From positions 1-52,174 of the forward strand of contig CAYQFT010000001.1 in assembly GCA_964416825.1 (NCBI GenBank): 52,174 nucleotides of DNA, read 5' to 3'. Below the pieces are notes generated by a model. It searched no databases, was not told the origin of the DNA, and worked only from the letters and a program-made list of their open reading frames with translations. Shown piece by piece: positions 40,933 through 52,174 of the stretch; the first letter of the stretch is position 1; the number at the start of each line of letters is the position of its first letter. A program made the translations under genes and the position numbers. The DNA is from an uncultured Porphyromonadaceae bacterium. Lineage in GTDB: Bacteria; Bacteroidota; Bacteroidia; Bacteroidales; UBA12481.

Positions 40933-42126
40933 ATGAAAAAGAAAGGTACAATTGCAATTTTAACCGGCGGCGGTGATGTTCCGGGCCTTAATCCGGCAAT
41001 CCGCGCGGTAACCATCAGGGCTTTACGGGAAGGATACGAAGTTATTGGCCTCAGACGCGGATGGGCGGGAATTACCGAGATGGTGAGGGACAAAAAATAT
41101 GATAACAGCAACAATTTTGTTCATCTCACCGAGGAAGAGGTAAACCGTGCCGGCAGAACCGGAGGTACATTCCTGCATAGTTCAAGGACACGGCCTAGTC
41201 ATATGCCTAAAAGCGCCGTTCCTGAACAGTACAAGGATATTTATACCGCTGAGATCAATGACCTTACTCCTGAAATCATCAAAAACCTTGAGTGGCTTGG
41301 GGTTGAGTACCTGATCCCGATTGGTGGTGACGACACTCTCAGCTACGGAGTTAGACTGTACAGTGAAGGCATGAAAGTGGTGGCCATACCGAAAACCATG
41401 GATAATGATGTCCCCGGCACCGATTATTGCATTGGGTTTTCAACCTGCGTAAGCCGTACGATTCATCTGGTTAATACGTTGAGAACCAGTGCCGGATCGC
41501 ATGAGAGAATATTGGTCATCGAGGTTTTCGGAAGGTATGCCGGTTTTACCGCGATGCTTCCGACCATGGCCGGGGCTGCACACCGGTGCGTGATTCCTGA
41601 ACATAAGTTTAACATCGACCGGCTCACTGAACTCCTCGTCCAGGACAGGAATCATAACCCTTCAAAATACTCGATTTGTTTGATTTCCGAGGGTGCAACC
41701 TTTGACGGTGTTGAAAACATGAGTCTGCTGGATTCCGAAAAAGACATGTTTGGTCACGCAAAGCTTGGCGGCATCGGATTAACAGTTGGTAACCTGATAA
41801 AAGAGCGGACTGCAAAGTTTAACAATGGCCAGAAAATTAATGTCATCAATCAAAACCTGGGTTACCTGGTGCGTGGCGGAGACCCGGATGCGCTCGACTC
41901 AATCGTTCCGATGGCATTTGGGAACCTGGCACTGGATCTCATCCTTAAAGGGATTCACGGACGCCTGGTAATTCTTAAAAACGGCCGGTATGACAACGCC
42001 CCGCTGGATGTTGTAACTGCAACCAAAAAATTCGTTGATATAGAAAAGCATTACAACACCGATCGTCTGCGTCCGAAATATAATGCTTTCGACTTCAAGC
42101 CGCTGCTGATTATGACGGGAGACTGA
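40933..42126 (+). CDS. 6-phosphofructokinase, PfkA family, with PPi-type specificity residues
   Basis: GGGDVPGLNPAIR, IGGDDT (nt 41323-41334 encode GGDD) and IPKTMDND (Lys at 41392-41394). Confidence 0.9.
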   Translation: MKKKGTIAILTGGGDVPGLNPAIRAVTIRALREGYEVIGLRRGWAGITEMVRDKKYDNSNNFVHLTEEEVNRAGRTGGTFLHSSRTRPSHMPKSAVPEQYKDIYTAEINDLTPEIIKNLEWLGVEYLIPIGGDDTLSYGVRLYSEGMKVVAIPKTMDNDVPGTDYCIGFSTCVSRTIHLVNTLRTSAGSHERILVIEVFGRYAGFTAMLPTMAGAAHRCVIPEHKFNIDRLTELLVQDRNHNPSKYSICLISEGATFDGVENMSLLDSEKDMFGHAKLGGIGLTVGNLIKERTAKFNNGQKINVINQNLGYLVRGGDPDALDSIVPMAFGNLALDLILKGIHGRLVILKNGRYDNAPLDVVTATKKFVDIEKHYNTDRLRPKYNAFDFKPLLIMTGD

Positions 42127-42189
42127 GGAAGTTAAGAAAGTTAAGAAAGTTAAGGAAGTTAAGGGAGTTAAGAAAGTTTAGAGAGTATT
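42127..42189. repeat. Tandem 9-bp repeat, consensus GRRAGTTAA, six good copies plus a degenerate one
   Basis: GGAAGTTAA GAAAGTTAA GAAAGTTAA GGAAGTTAA GGGAGTTAA GAAAGTTTA GAGAGTATT. It starts immediately after the pfk stop codon. Confidence 0.9.
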
Positions 42190-42220
42190 GGGAGGGCTGG
42201 GTTCAGTCCTCCTTTTTGTT
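42190..42220 (+). terminator. Rho-independent terminator of the phosphofructokinase gene
   Basis: 10-bp stem (42190-42199 / 42204-42213, two G-U pairs), loop GGTT, then TTTTGTTT. It overlaps the last codons of the convergent mqnA-like gene. Confidence 0.7.
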
Positions 42221-42955
42221 TAGGTAGTCAAGAAATCGGTTCATTCCGATGCGTTTGCCGGGGGTAAACGGATAGGAGATATTCCGGCTCAGGTAATCAA
42301 TCAGATCAGATTCGGCGAGACCTGTTTTTTGGCTATAATCTCTGGCAATTTCAGGTATAGCTTCGATTCCGAACTTTTGTGCCAAATCAAGCCTTTGGAT
42401 TACCTCCTCCTTAATCGGCTTTGTGGAAGCCCATGCCGCAAAAACGAAAGGAAGGCTTGTCATTCGGATCCATTCTTCAGCAAGATCATAGGTGTACTTA
42501 TACTTTCCTTCAATTTCAAATACTTTATCTCCGATGCAAACTCCGGCTTCAACTCCACGTATCGATCGGCGCTCGAAACCATCCTTAGCTGAGTGGAATT
42601 GCCATATAACTTTCCAATGGTGTCTGGCTAAAATTTGAATAAGCTGAACGCTTGTCCGGGAATGGGGATCGAGCCATACCTTTTTAATCTGGTTGATCGG
42701 AACCTCCGAAAACAGGCATACTGTCCTGACTGGCCCTTCAACCCCAATGCAATAGTTTCCAATCCATTCCACCATGCCAGGCGCCGGGAAAGCCCCTATG
42801 GGAACCAGGGCCAGATCTACTTCACCAAGAGCAAGTTTTTTGGCCCCGGCCGCTGGAATATCAAGGCTGACCAGGCAATCATCCATAAGACCCGAATGTA
42901 GAATTCCATGAACAAGTGGAGCAGAGTTTAAATAACTGACAACGGATATAAGCAT
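42203..42955 (-). CDS. mqnA: MqnA-like chorismate dehydratase (futalosine menaquinone pathway; VitK2_biosynth/SBP fold)
   Basis: 250 aa. The N-terminus ISVVSYLNSAPLVHG...VDLALVP is typical of the MqnA/MqnD family. Confidence 0.6.
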   Translation of the reverse strand: MLISVVSYLNSAPLVHGILHSGLMDDCLVSLDIPAAGAKKLALGEVDLALVPIGAFPAPGMVEWIGNYCIGVEGPVRTVCLFSEVPINQIKKVWLDPHSRTSVQLIQILARHHWKVIWQFHSAKDGFERRSIRGVEAGVCIGDKVFEIEGKYKYTYDLAEEWIRMTSLPFVFAAWASTKPIKEEVIQRLDLAQKFGIEAIPEIARDYSQKTGLAESDLIDYLSRNISYPFTPGKRIGMNRFLDYLNKKED

Positions 42956-43019
42956 ACCAGGACTATATCTGAAAGTGAAGCTAAGTTAGTGATTCAGGGC
43001 ATATATAAGGCCAATTTGC

Positions 43020-43027
43020 TAACTTTG
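43020..43027 (+). promoter_or_regulatory. Candidate -7 box (TAACTTTG) for purB
   Basis: Exact TAnnTTTG 19 nt upstream of ATG 43047. Confidence 0.4.
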
Positions 43028-43046
43028 CCCATTAAACTAATTCACA

Positions 43047-44405
43047 ATGAATCTCACCGAGCTTACTGCTATTTCCCCAGTCGATGGACGTTATCGGAAT
43101 AAAACTCAGGAACTGGCCAACTACTTTTCCGAATGGGCATTGATCAAATACCGGCTCCAGGTTGAAGTAGAGTATTTTATTCTTCTCTGTGAGCTTCCCC
43201 TGCCTCAGCTTTTGGATTTTCCCAGTCACCAGTTTTCATCCATACGTGCTGTTTACGACAGTTTTGGCCCGGAGGAAGGAATTCGGGTTAAAGAGATCGA
43301 AAGCATTACCAATCACGATGTTAAGGCCGTCGAGTATTATTTAAAAGAGCAATTCGAGAGATTGGGGCTGGAGCGTTACAAGGAATTCATTCATTTCGGG
43401 TTAACCTCGCAGGACATTAATAATACTGCTGTTCCGCTGTCGATTAAGGAGTCGCTCCAACAGGTATATATTCCTGTGCTGCTCAAACTCACCAACCGGC
43501 TCCAGGAATTATCAACAGAATGGTACGAAATTCCGATGCTGGCCAGAACGCATGGTCAGCCCGCGTCCCCTACCCGCCTGGGTAAAGAGATTCTGGTTTT
43601 TGTTGAGCGGCTGGAAAAGCAGATTGAAATCCTGAACCATCTACCCTACCCGGCAAAATTTGGAGGTGCCACGGGGAATTTCAACGCTCATGCAATCGCT
43701 TATCCTGATATTAACTGGGTTGAATTCAGTAATCATCTAGTTAACGATATTCTTGGCCTCGATCGCTCTCAGGTGACTACCCAGATTGAGCACTATGACA
43801 ATCTGGCTGCCATTTTCGACTGCCTCCGCAGGATCAATATCATACTGACCGATTTATGCAAAGATGTCTGGACTTATATTTCGATGAACTACTTCGGGCA
43901 GAAAATCCGTAAAGGGGAGGTCGGCTCATCAACCATGCCCCATAAGGTCAATCCAATCGACTTCGAGAATGCAGAGGGAAATTTCGGTGTTGCCAATGCC
44001 CTCCTTGGATTTTTCAGCGAAAAGCTCCCGGTTTCGCGGCTGCAGCGTGACCTGACCGATTCAACCGTGCTCAGGAACGTGGGTGTACCATTAGCTCACG
44101 GATTGCTGGCTTTCAGATCCCTTCAAAAAGGGCTCGATAAGCTCATCCTCAATGAAACAGCTATAAATGCAGATCTGAGTGATAACTGGGCCATTGTCTC
44201 AGAGGCTATTCAAACGATTCTGCGTCGGGAACAATACCCGAATCCCTATGAAGCCTTGAAGGACCTGACCCGAACCAATCAAAAAATCCAGCAGGAAGAT
44301 ATCCTGATGTTTATCGACAAACTTACTATTAGTGAAGAGGTTAAAGATGAACTCCGGAAAATTACTCCCTGGAATTATCTGGGCATTAAACTTCTCAGAC
44401 AATAA
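43047..44405 (+). CDS. purB: Adenylosuccinate lyase
   Basis: LTAISPVDGRY N-terminus, HFGLTSQDINNTA, and the signature GSSTMPHKVNP. Confidence 0.95.
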   Translation: MNLTELTAISPVDGRYRNKTQELANYFSEWALIKYRLQVEVEYFILLCELPLPQLLDFPSHQFSSIRAVYDSFGPEEGIRVKEIESITNHDVKAVEYYLKEQFERLGLERYKEFIHFGLTSQDINNTAVPLSIKESLQQVYIPVLLKLTNRLQELSTEWYEIPMLARTHGQPASPTRLGKEILVFVERLEKQIEILNHLPYPAKFGGATGNFNAHAIAYPDINWVEFSNHLVNDILGLDRSQVTTQIEHYDNLAAIFDCLRRINIILTDLCKDVWTYISMNYFGQKIRKGEVGSSTMPHKVNPIDFENAEGNFGVANALLGFFSEKLPVSRLQRDLTDSTVLRNVGVPLAHGLLAFRSLQKGLDKLILNETAINADLSDNWAIVSEAIQTILRREQYPNPYEALKDLTRTNQKIQQEDILMFIDKLTISEEVKDELRKITPWNYLGIKLLRQ

Positions 44406-44450
44406 ACATCGCACTATACTGCGTTTATAGGTGTTTAGGGAATCCCATTG

Positions 44451-46286
44451 ATGAAAGCATTTTTCACTATCCTGAGAGAGTATGTCTTCCCTTATCGGGT
44501 GTATGCTTCACTCAATATTCTGTTTAATATCTTCGGGGTGCTGTTTTCCCTCCTTAGCCTGATCATGATTGGGCCATTCCTTAGAGTTCTGTTTGACCTC
44601 CATGGGACCGCACCAACACAGGTACCCTTTGAACTCTCAAGGCATTCTTTAGAGCAAAACTTCAATTATTTTCTTGGCCACCTGATTGAACAGCAGGGAA
44701 AACCGGCTGCGCTTTTATTTGTCAGCGGCCTGGCAGTTGCTCTGTTCTTTTTAAAAACATCCAATATATACCTCGCCAACTATTTCATGGCACCGATCCG
44801 GAACGGAGTTACCCGCGATATCCGGAACAAAATATACCGGCGAATTCTGGATCTCCCCCTGTCCTACCATACCCGTGAGAGGAAAGGAGATATCATGGCC
44901 CGCCTGACTCAGGATGTACAGGAGATTGAATGGTCTGTGATGGCATCGCTGGAGAAGTTTTTCCGAGATCCCTTAAACATTCTGATCTTTCTGGCCGGGA
45001 TGGTATTCATGAGCCCAAGCCTGACACTAATTGTGCTGATTCTCTTACCAGTCAGCGGGGTACTTATAGGCACGATGGGCAAAAATCTTCGGAAAACATC
45101 CGCTAAAAGCCAGAGCCAGATGGGGGTTCTGATGTCAACACTTGAGGAGACCCTTTCGGGACTAAGGATTATAAAAGCCTTCAATGCGGGAAACTGGTCT
45201 GAGAAACGCTTTCAAAATGAAAATCAGGCCTTTACCCGGATCATGAATTCGATTACCCGAAGGCGCGATCTTGCCTCTCCTCTATCAGAATTTCTCGGCT
45301 CCCTGGTAGTTGTGGGGCTAATGGTCATCGGCGGAAACCTGGTTCTGAAAGGCCAGGGCGGACTAAGTGCCCCCTCCTTTATCGCTTATATTGCGATCTT
45401 CTCGCAGATACTCACCCCAGCAAAATCCTTTTCAACGGCATATTATCATCTCAACAAGGGACTTGCGTCGATAGATCGAATAAATCAGGTTCTTGAAGCG
45501 CCTGTAACGATCCAGGATGATCCTGATGCACATACTCCCACCGGGTTTTCTGATTCTATCGAATTTGAGAACATAAGTTTTGCATATTCCGATCAGCCGG
45601 TTATCCGAAACATCAGCCTGTCGATCCGGAAAGGGGAAACTGTTGCCCTGGTAGGGCCTTCAGGCTCAGGAAAATCGACACTGGCCGACCTGCTGGCAAG
45701 GTTTTATGAGACCGACAGCGGACAGATTCTGATCGACGGAGTAGATGTTCGAAAGATTAGGACCACCGCGCTGCGAAACTTAATTGGAATGGTTCCGCAG
45801 GACCCACTACTGTTTAATGACACCATTGCCGCCAATATTGCATTTGGTGATGAAAATCCTGATCGTCAGGCAATAACCGAAGCGGCTCAGGTAGCCAACT
45901 CCTGGGAATTCATCTGTCAGACTCCGGAGGGCCTGGAAACCCGTTTGGGGGACCGCGGCAGCACGATTTCTGGCGGGCAAAGGCAGAGACTCTGCCTGGC
46001 CCGCGCGGTTTACCGTAATCCACCGATTCTGATTCTCGATGAGGCCACCTCCTCCCTGGATTCTGAATCGGAAAAGATGGTTCAGGAGTCACTCCTGGAA
46101 CTGATGCGGAATCGTACCACCATCATTATCGCCCATAGGCTGTCAACCATCCAGAATGCTGACCGTATCTATGTAATCCGGGATGGCCAGATCACAGAAT
46201 CGGGTTCTCATGCTGATTTAATGGATCAGCAAGGCGAATACCGCTATATGTTTGAACTGCAGAACCTCTCACCAAAAAAGGCATGA
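44451..46286 (+). CDS. ABC transporter permease/ATPase fusion (MsbA-like exporter)
   Basis: Six-TM domain followed by an NBD with Walker A GPSGSGKST, signature ISGGQRQR and Walker B ILILDEATS. I use ATG 44451, because the track's first codon (44448) is TTG. Confidence 0.85.
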   Translation: MKAFFTILREYVFPYRVYASLNILFNIFGVLFSLLSLIMIGPFLRVLFDLHGTAPTQVPFELSRHSLEQNFNYFLGHLIEQQGKPAALLFVSGLAVALFFLKTSNIYLANYFMAPIRNGVTRDIRNKIYRRILDLPLSYHTRERKGDIMARLTQDVQEIEWSVMASLEKFFRDPLNILIFLAGMVFMSPSLTLIVLILLPVSGVLIGTMGKNLRKTSAKSQSQMGVLMSTLEETLSGLRIIKAFNAGNWSEKRFQNENQAFTRIMNSITRRRDLASPLSEFLGSLVVVGLMVIGGNLVLKGQGGLSAPSFIAYIAIFSQILTPAKSFSTAYYHLNKGLASIDRINQVLEAPVTIQDDPDAHTPTGFSDSIEFENISFAYSDQPVIRNISLSIRKGETVALVGPSGSGKSTLADLLARFYETDSGQILIDGVDVRKIRTTALRNLIGMVPQDPLLFNDTIAANIAFGDENPDRQAITEAAQVANSWEFICQTPEGLETRLGDRGSTISGGQRQRLCLARAVYRNPPILILDEATSSLDSESEKMVQESLLELMRNRTTIIIAHRLSTIQNADRIYVIRDGQITESGSHADLMDQQGEYRYMFELQNLSPKKA

Positions 46287-46948
46287 TGATGCACCTGGTG
46301 ATACAACCTGAAATCAGGAATTATTTTCCCAATCTGGTGGTAGGTTTCTTATCGGGGACCATCCGCAACGGAGAGAACAATGAATCTCTCTGGGAGCTGA
46401 TAAATTCAAGGTGCAGCGAGATATCCACAAAAATGGATGCGGAATCAATCAGACAGGTGGCTGGCATTAAAGCCGGAAAACAAGCCTATCGAGAACTTGG
46501 TAAGGATCCCAACCGCTACCGGCTTTCCGCGGAAGCACTAATGAGAAGAATCGTCAAAGGCCAGCAGTTATATCGGATAAATACCGCGGTTGATGTTCTA
46601 AACCTCGTCTCCTTAAGATCCGGGATTACGATCGGGGGATTTGACTATGATCTGGTCAAGGGAAGCATCGGACTGGGGATCGGAAATCCTGGCGAGGAGT
46701 TTGAAGCAATCGGCCGGGGAGACTTGAACGTGGAATCGCTTCCAGTTTACCGTGACAGTGTGGGAGTTATTGGCAATCCCACATCCGATTGCACGAGAAC
46801 TCGCATCCGAGTGGATACATCAAGGGTTTTAATGCTGATAACCGGATTTTACGGCCCGGAGCCTGTTGTCCCTGTTCTGGAACAGCTTAAAGAATTATTA
46901 ACTGAATATTGTTTTCTTGGCCGGGCTGAAACTGGCCTCATTGAATAA
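46283..46948 (+). CDS. B3/B4 domain protein (PheT-beta B3/B4-like, stand-alone)
   Basis: 221 aa. ...AYRELGKDPNRYRLSAEALMRRIVKG..LYRINTAVDVLNLVSL....IGGFD resembles stand-alone B3_4 family proteins. The ATGA overlaps the ABC gene stop. Confidence 0.65.
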   Translation: MMMHLVIQPEIRNYFPNLVVGFLSGTIRNGENNESLWELINSRCSEISTKMDAESIRQVAGIKAGKQAYRELGKDPNRYRLSAEALMRRIVKGQQLYRINTAVDVLNLVSLRSGITIGGFDYDLVKGSIGLGIGNPGEEFEAIGRGDLNVESLPVYRDSVGVIGNPTSDCTRTRIRVDTSRVLMLITGFYGPEPVVPVLEQLKELLTEYCFLGRAETGLIE

Positions 46949-46949
46949 T

Positions 46950-48233
46950 ATGGTAACAATGAAAAGATTTGTCCTTTTATTGATTTGTTTATTAGGTGCA
47001 AAAATACCAATGAGTTTGTCTGGTCAGGAGCAGCCCGGATTTCCCTGGGATCCCTACAGGATTCTCAAATCGTGGAATTATGATGATCTGGTCCGATTGA
47101 AGGGTGAAGGTGAGCAGATTATTGACACATTGAGTGGTCAGGCTTTCATTGCCGGACTCTCCTATAAGGATTTTTGTTTAAACCAGGCCGGTACCCTGGC
47201 CTTCTATTTCACCAACGAGGATATTTCGCGCATGCAATTTCGGTTCTCTCATCCGGCAAAACCTGTGGATCAGGCCTTTGCCGACCGGATCATGCGGGAT
47301 ACAGCTGTAAGAAATGCCTATGAGCGGGAAGTCATGCGAAATGACTCACTCAGAAGGGATTCACTCGTGCAGGATGTATCCAGAATACTTGGCCCCCCGA
47401 TCACTGCCGGCACCACCTCACCGTCTGATAAGCGGGTAAGGTACTCTGCCACCTGGATCAATAACGGTTATTCATGTGTATTTAAGGATGATACCGAATA
47501 TGGCGACCTGGTATTCTCTCTCTCAATGGCATCGGCCTGGGTCAGCGGTGAATATGACATCGATGCGGCTACTGAAATCGTTCAAAGAACGGTAACCCAG
47601 ACCCGCAAGGTAACCTGGACCACCAGCTTATTGGCTCAGCCTGCAGATACTGGAAAAACAACATACCAGCGATTAATATTGGTACTGGATTATAAGAGCG
47701 GCGAACGATATGTCGAAAACCTTCCCGATTTGGAATATTCCTATTTGCCATCCATGCAGTTTGATGACACTGACGGGTCTGCTACTCTGGATGCCTGGAT
47801 TACAGTTCCTTTAAGCCCTGATGGTAAGGTTACCCGGCAGTTTATTTACTCTTTGCAGTTTAAGGAGCCTATTCTGGTATTTAATTCCTTTGACTTCCTG
47901 CCTGATGCAGTCCGTTTTGTCACCGGGAAGCAACTTGAAATCCACATGCTTGACGGAACCTTGCACCGGGTCGATGTCCCGGGTGAGTCGAAGGTCGCAA
48001 AAGCTTTCGGATCCGGTGGTTTACCCGTCAGGAATATAGAAATTCTACCGTCAGGATATTCCCAATTCAAGGCAACACCCAGAAACAGGGACGGCAGCAT
48101 GAATTTTATCGGAACTATTTTATTGATTGATGAATACACAAAAGAAAACTTTGGTGGAATAGAAATCTTATACCAATATGTTACCGGTGGATGGGATGTT
48201 AAAGAGATCCGTTTGTCTCCGATGAAAATGTAA
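46950..48233 (+). CDS. Hypothetical secreted protein, no family recognised
   Basis: The ATG is 1 nt after the B3/B4 stop. A signal peptide (MKRFVLLLICLLGAKIPMSLSG|QEQ) is present. I recognise no motif in the ~427 aa. The track start at 46917 overlaps the upstream gene. Confidence 0.6.
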   Translation: MVTMKRFVLLLICLLGAKIPMSLSGQEQPGFPWDPYRILKSWNYDDLVRLKGEGEQIIDTLSGQAFIAGLSYKDFCLNQAGTLAFYFTNEDISRMQFRFSHPAKPVDQAFADRIMRDTAVRNAYEREVMRNDSLRRDSLVQDVSRILGPPITAGTTSPSDKRVRYSATWINNGYSCVFKDDTEYGDLVFSLSMASAWVSGEYDIDAATEIVQRTVTQTRKVTWTTSLLAQPADTGKTTYQRLILVLDYKSGERYVENLPDLEYSYLPSMQFDDTDGSATLDAWITVPLSPDGKVTRQFIYSLQFKEPILVFNSFDFLPDAVRFVTGKQLEIHMLDGTLHRVDVPGESKVAKAFGSGGLPVRNIEILPSGYSQFKATPRNRDGSMNFIGTILLIDEYTKENFGGIEILYQYVTGGWDVKEIRLSPMKM

Positions 48234-48284
48234 CTTGTCAGCCAGATTGTTCGTCTTATCTTTACTTTCAAAAACAACAAACCC

Positions 48285-49007
48285 ATGAAAACCAATATTG
48301 TAAATTTCCTTATCTTGATTTTTATAGTACTGACGCCATCTTGTTATGTGGGTATGCCCTGGAACGGCCTTGAGGGCGAGGGACCAGTGATTGAGAGAAA
48401 GGTTGAAATAAAGAAGTTCTCGGGAATTACTGTACCTGGAAACGCGAAGATATATCTGACTCAGGGTTCTGAGCAGACAGTCAGGATTGAAGGGCAAGAG
48501 AATATCATTGACAATTTGATTCTTGATGTTTCTGATGAGGTATGGAGAATTGAAGGCAAGAAGCCGGTCTGGAAAGCTGAAACGCTGAAAATATATATCA
48601 CGCTCGAGAACTTGAAGTTGATCAAGATTTCTGGCTCCGGGGATGTTTACACCCAGAATCACTTTACCGGAAAAAAGGACCTCGAGCTCAGAATATCAGG
48701 TTCCGGCACCCTCAATCTTGATATAGAAGCAGATGATATTGACGGAAGTGTAAGCGGCTCAGGCGACATTTTCCTCACTGGATCTGCGGATAAGTTGAAT
48801 CTGGGCATTTCGGGATCCGGAAAGATCAAGGCAGAAAAACTGGAAGCCCAAAGTGCCGATGTTCGCATCACGGGCTCAGGGAATATGGATGTTTGGGTAG
48901 TGGAAAAACTTGAGGCCAGTGTATCCGGCAGCGGGAATGTTTATTACTCTGGGAATCCCAGGGTAAATACCAGGGTCTCAGGATCAGGAAACGTTAGAGC
49001 CAGATAA
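48285..49007 (+). CDS. DUF2807 / head-GIN-domain lipoprotein (beta-helical repeat)
   Basis: Lipobox LTPSC. A periodic SGSG(D/N/T/K)(I/V/L/M) motif occurs seven times (ISGSGDV, SGSGTL, SGSGDI, SGSGKI, TGSGNM, SGSGNV, SGSGNV). Confidence 0.75.
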   Translation: MKTNIVNFLILIFIVLTPSCYVGMPWNGLEGEGPVIERKVEIKKFSGITVPGNAKIYLTQGSEQTVRIEGQENIIDNLILDVSDEVWRIEGKKPVWKAETLKIYITLENLKLIKISGSGDVYTQNHFTGKKDLELRISGSGTLNLDIEADDIDGSVSGSGDIFLTGSADKLNLGISGSGKIKAEKLEAQSADVRITGSGNMDVWVVEKLEASVSGSGNVYYSGNPRVNTRVSGSGNVRAR

Positions 49008-49534
49008 ATGAGCCTGGCCCCCATCCAGATCCTCCATAAGTACTTTGCCCCGCATTCGCTGGCTGGCCAGGTTTTATTGGAGCATAGCACCGCCGTAATG
49101 GAAAAAGCCCTTCTGATTGCTGGAAAGCTGGACTTGCCTGACCAGGAAAAGGCATTTATCAGGGATGCCTGTATGCTCCATGATATCGGAATTCTATATA
49201 CGCATGCTCCTGAAATAGGCTGTTATGGTGATTTGCCATATATCAGCCATGGTTATATGGGTCATGACCTGCTTGTCAGCGAAGGGTTGCCCTTGCACGC
49301 ATTGGTTTGCGAAAGGCATACCGGCGCAGGTATTACGATTAAGGACATTGAGGAACAAAACCTCCCAATCCCGCGCAGAGACATGGTTCCGGTCAGTCTG
49401 GCTGAAAAGATCATTGCATACAGCGATAAATTTTTCTCCAAGGATCCGACCAGGTTATCCGATGAAAAAATCTATGAAGATGTTTTATTCAGGATTGGCG
49501 TTCATGGCTCTGATAAGGCAGCTATCTTTGCTGA

Positions 49535-49559
<25 letters not shown>
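49008..49559 (+). CDS. HD-domain phosphohydrolase
   Basis: 183 aa with H...HDIG (MLHDIG) and a downstream ERHTG. The ATG immediately follows the DUF2807 stop (TAAATG). Confidence 0.75.

Positions 49560-52174
<2,615 letters not shown>

Noticed and set aside
42128-42181. (EVK)n reading frame through the 9-bp tandem repeat as a small protein or pfk C-terminal extension
   Set aside because: This frame has no start codon and is not the pfk frame, which hits TAA two codons after its TGA. It would need a frameshift for which I see no slippery site. I kept it only as a comparative check under the repeat finding.
47846-48662. Two overlapping minus-strand ORFs (149 aa and 164 aa) spanning the junction between the orphan protein gene and the DUF2807 gene
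   Set aside because: They overlap each other and two well-formed plus-strand genes that have signal peptides and a lipobox. They have no motifs and no -7 box in the right orientation.
48620-49000. Periodic DNA repeats that could be mistaken for a CRISPR-like or tandem array
   Set aside because: The periodicity comes from the in-frame SGSG(D/N) beta-helix repeats of the DUF2807 protein. The repeats are degenerate at the DNA level and have no spacers of uniform length.

Overview
This 52.2-kb window is densely packed (over 90% coding) and reads as the chromosomal core of a Bacteroidota-type genome. Support for that assignment: eight exact TAnnTTTG '-7' promoter boxes sit just upstream of start codons, lipoproteins are abundant, and a CarboxypepD_reg-type TonB-dependent receptor, DUF349, DUF721 after recF, AmgK/MurU and a zapA-rny arrangement are all present.

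I call 46 protein-coding genes. Two are cut by the window edges: a CotH/LTD protein on the left, which is missing from the ORF track, and a GH2 beta-galactosidase on the right. Recognisable housekeeping genes are ndk, recF, ribH, yidC, pyrG, trmD, sucA, sucB, rny, zapA, rplS, a phosphofructokinase, purB and an MsbA-like ABC exporter. Also present are an AddA-like/AddB-like helicase-nuclease pair, three tandem FKBP lipoproteins, hsp20, M23 and C69 peptidases and NfeD.

I found no transposase, integrase, CRISPR array, tRNA/rRNA, toxin-antitoxin pair or recognisable defence island. I therefore cannot support a clear novel multi-gene system here.

The observations most worth follow-up are:
- A roughly 200-nt structured RNA on the minus strand, ending in a terminator, lies in the only sizeable non-coding gap (34542-34817). 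It is immediately downstream of zapA and has a 6S-RNA-like rod-with-bubble layout.
- The AddA-like and AddB-like genes are separated by an oppositely oriented sucAB pair. Both have TTG starts, and sucB and the AddA-like gene converge with a 53-bp overlap.
- A 9-bp tandem repeat sits in the phosphofructokinase 3' UTR.
- A tightly coupled run of genes reads ABC exporter, B3/B4, orphan secreted protein, DUF2807, HD, then a NUDIX-TfoX_C fusion.
- An operon at the left edge encodes an orphan membrane protein, a GH16-fold lipoprotein and a CotH/LTD protein.

All functional calls come from motif and family recognition by eye. No database search was run.
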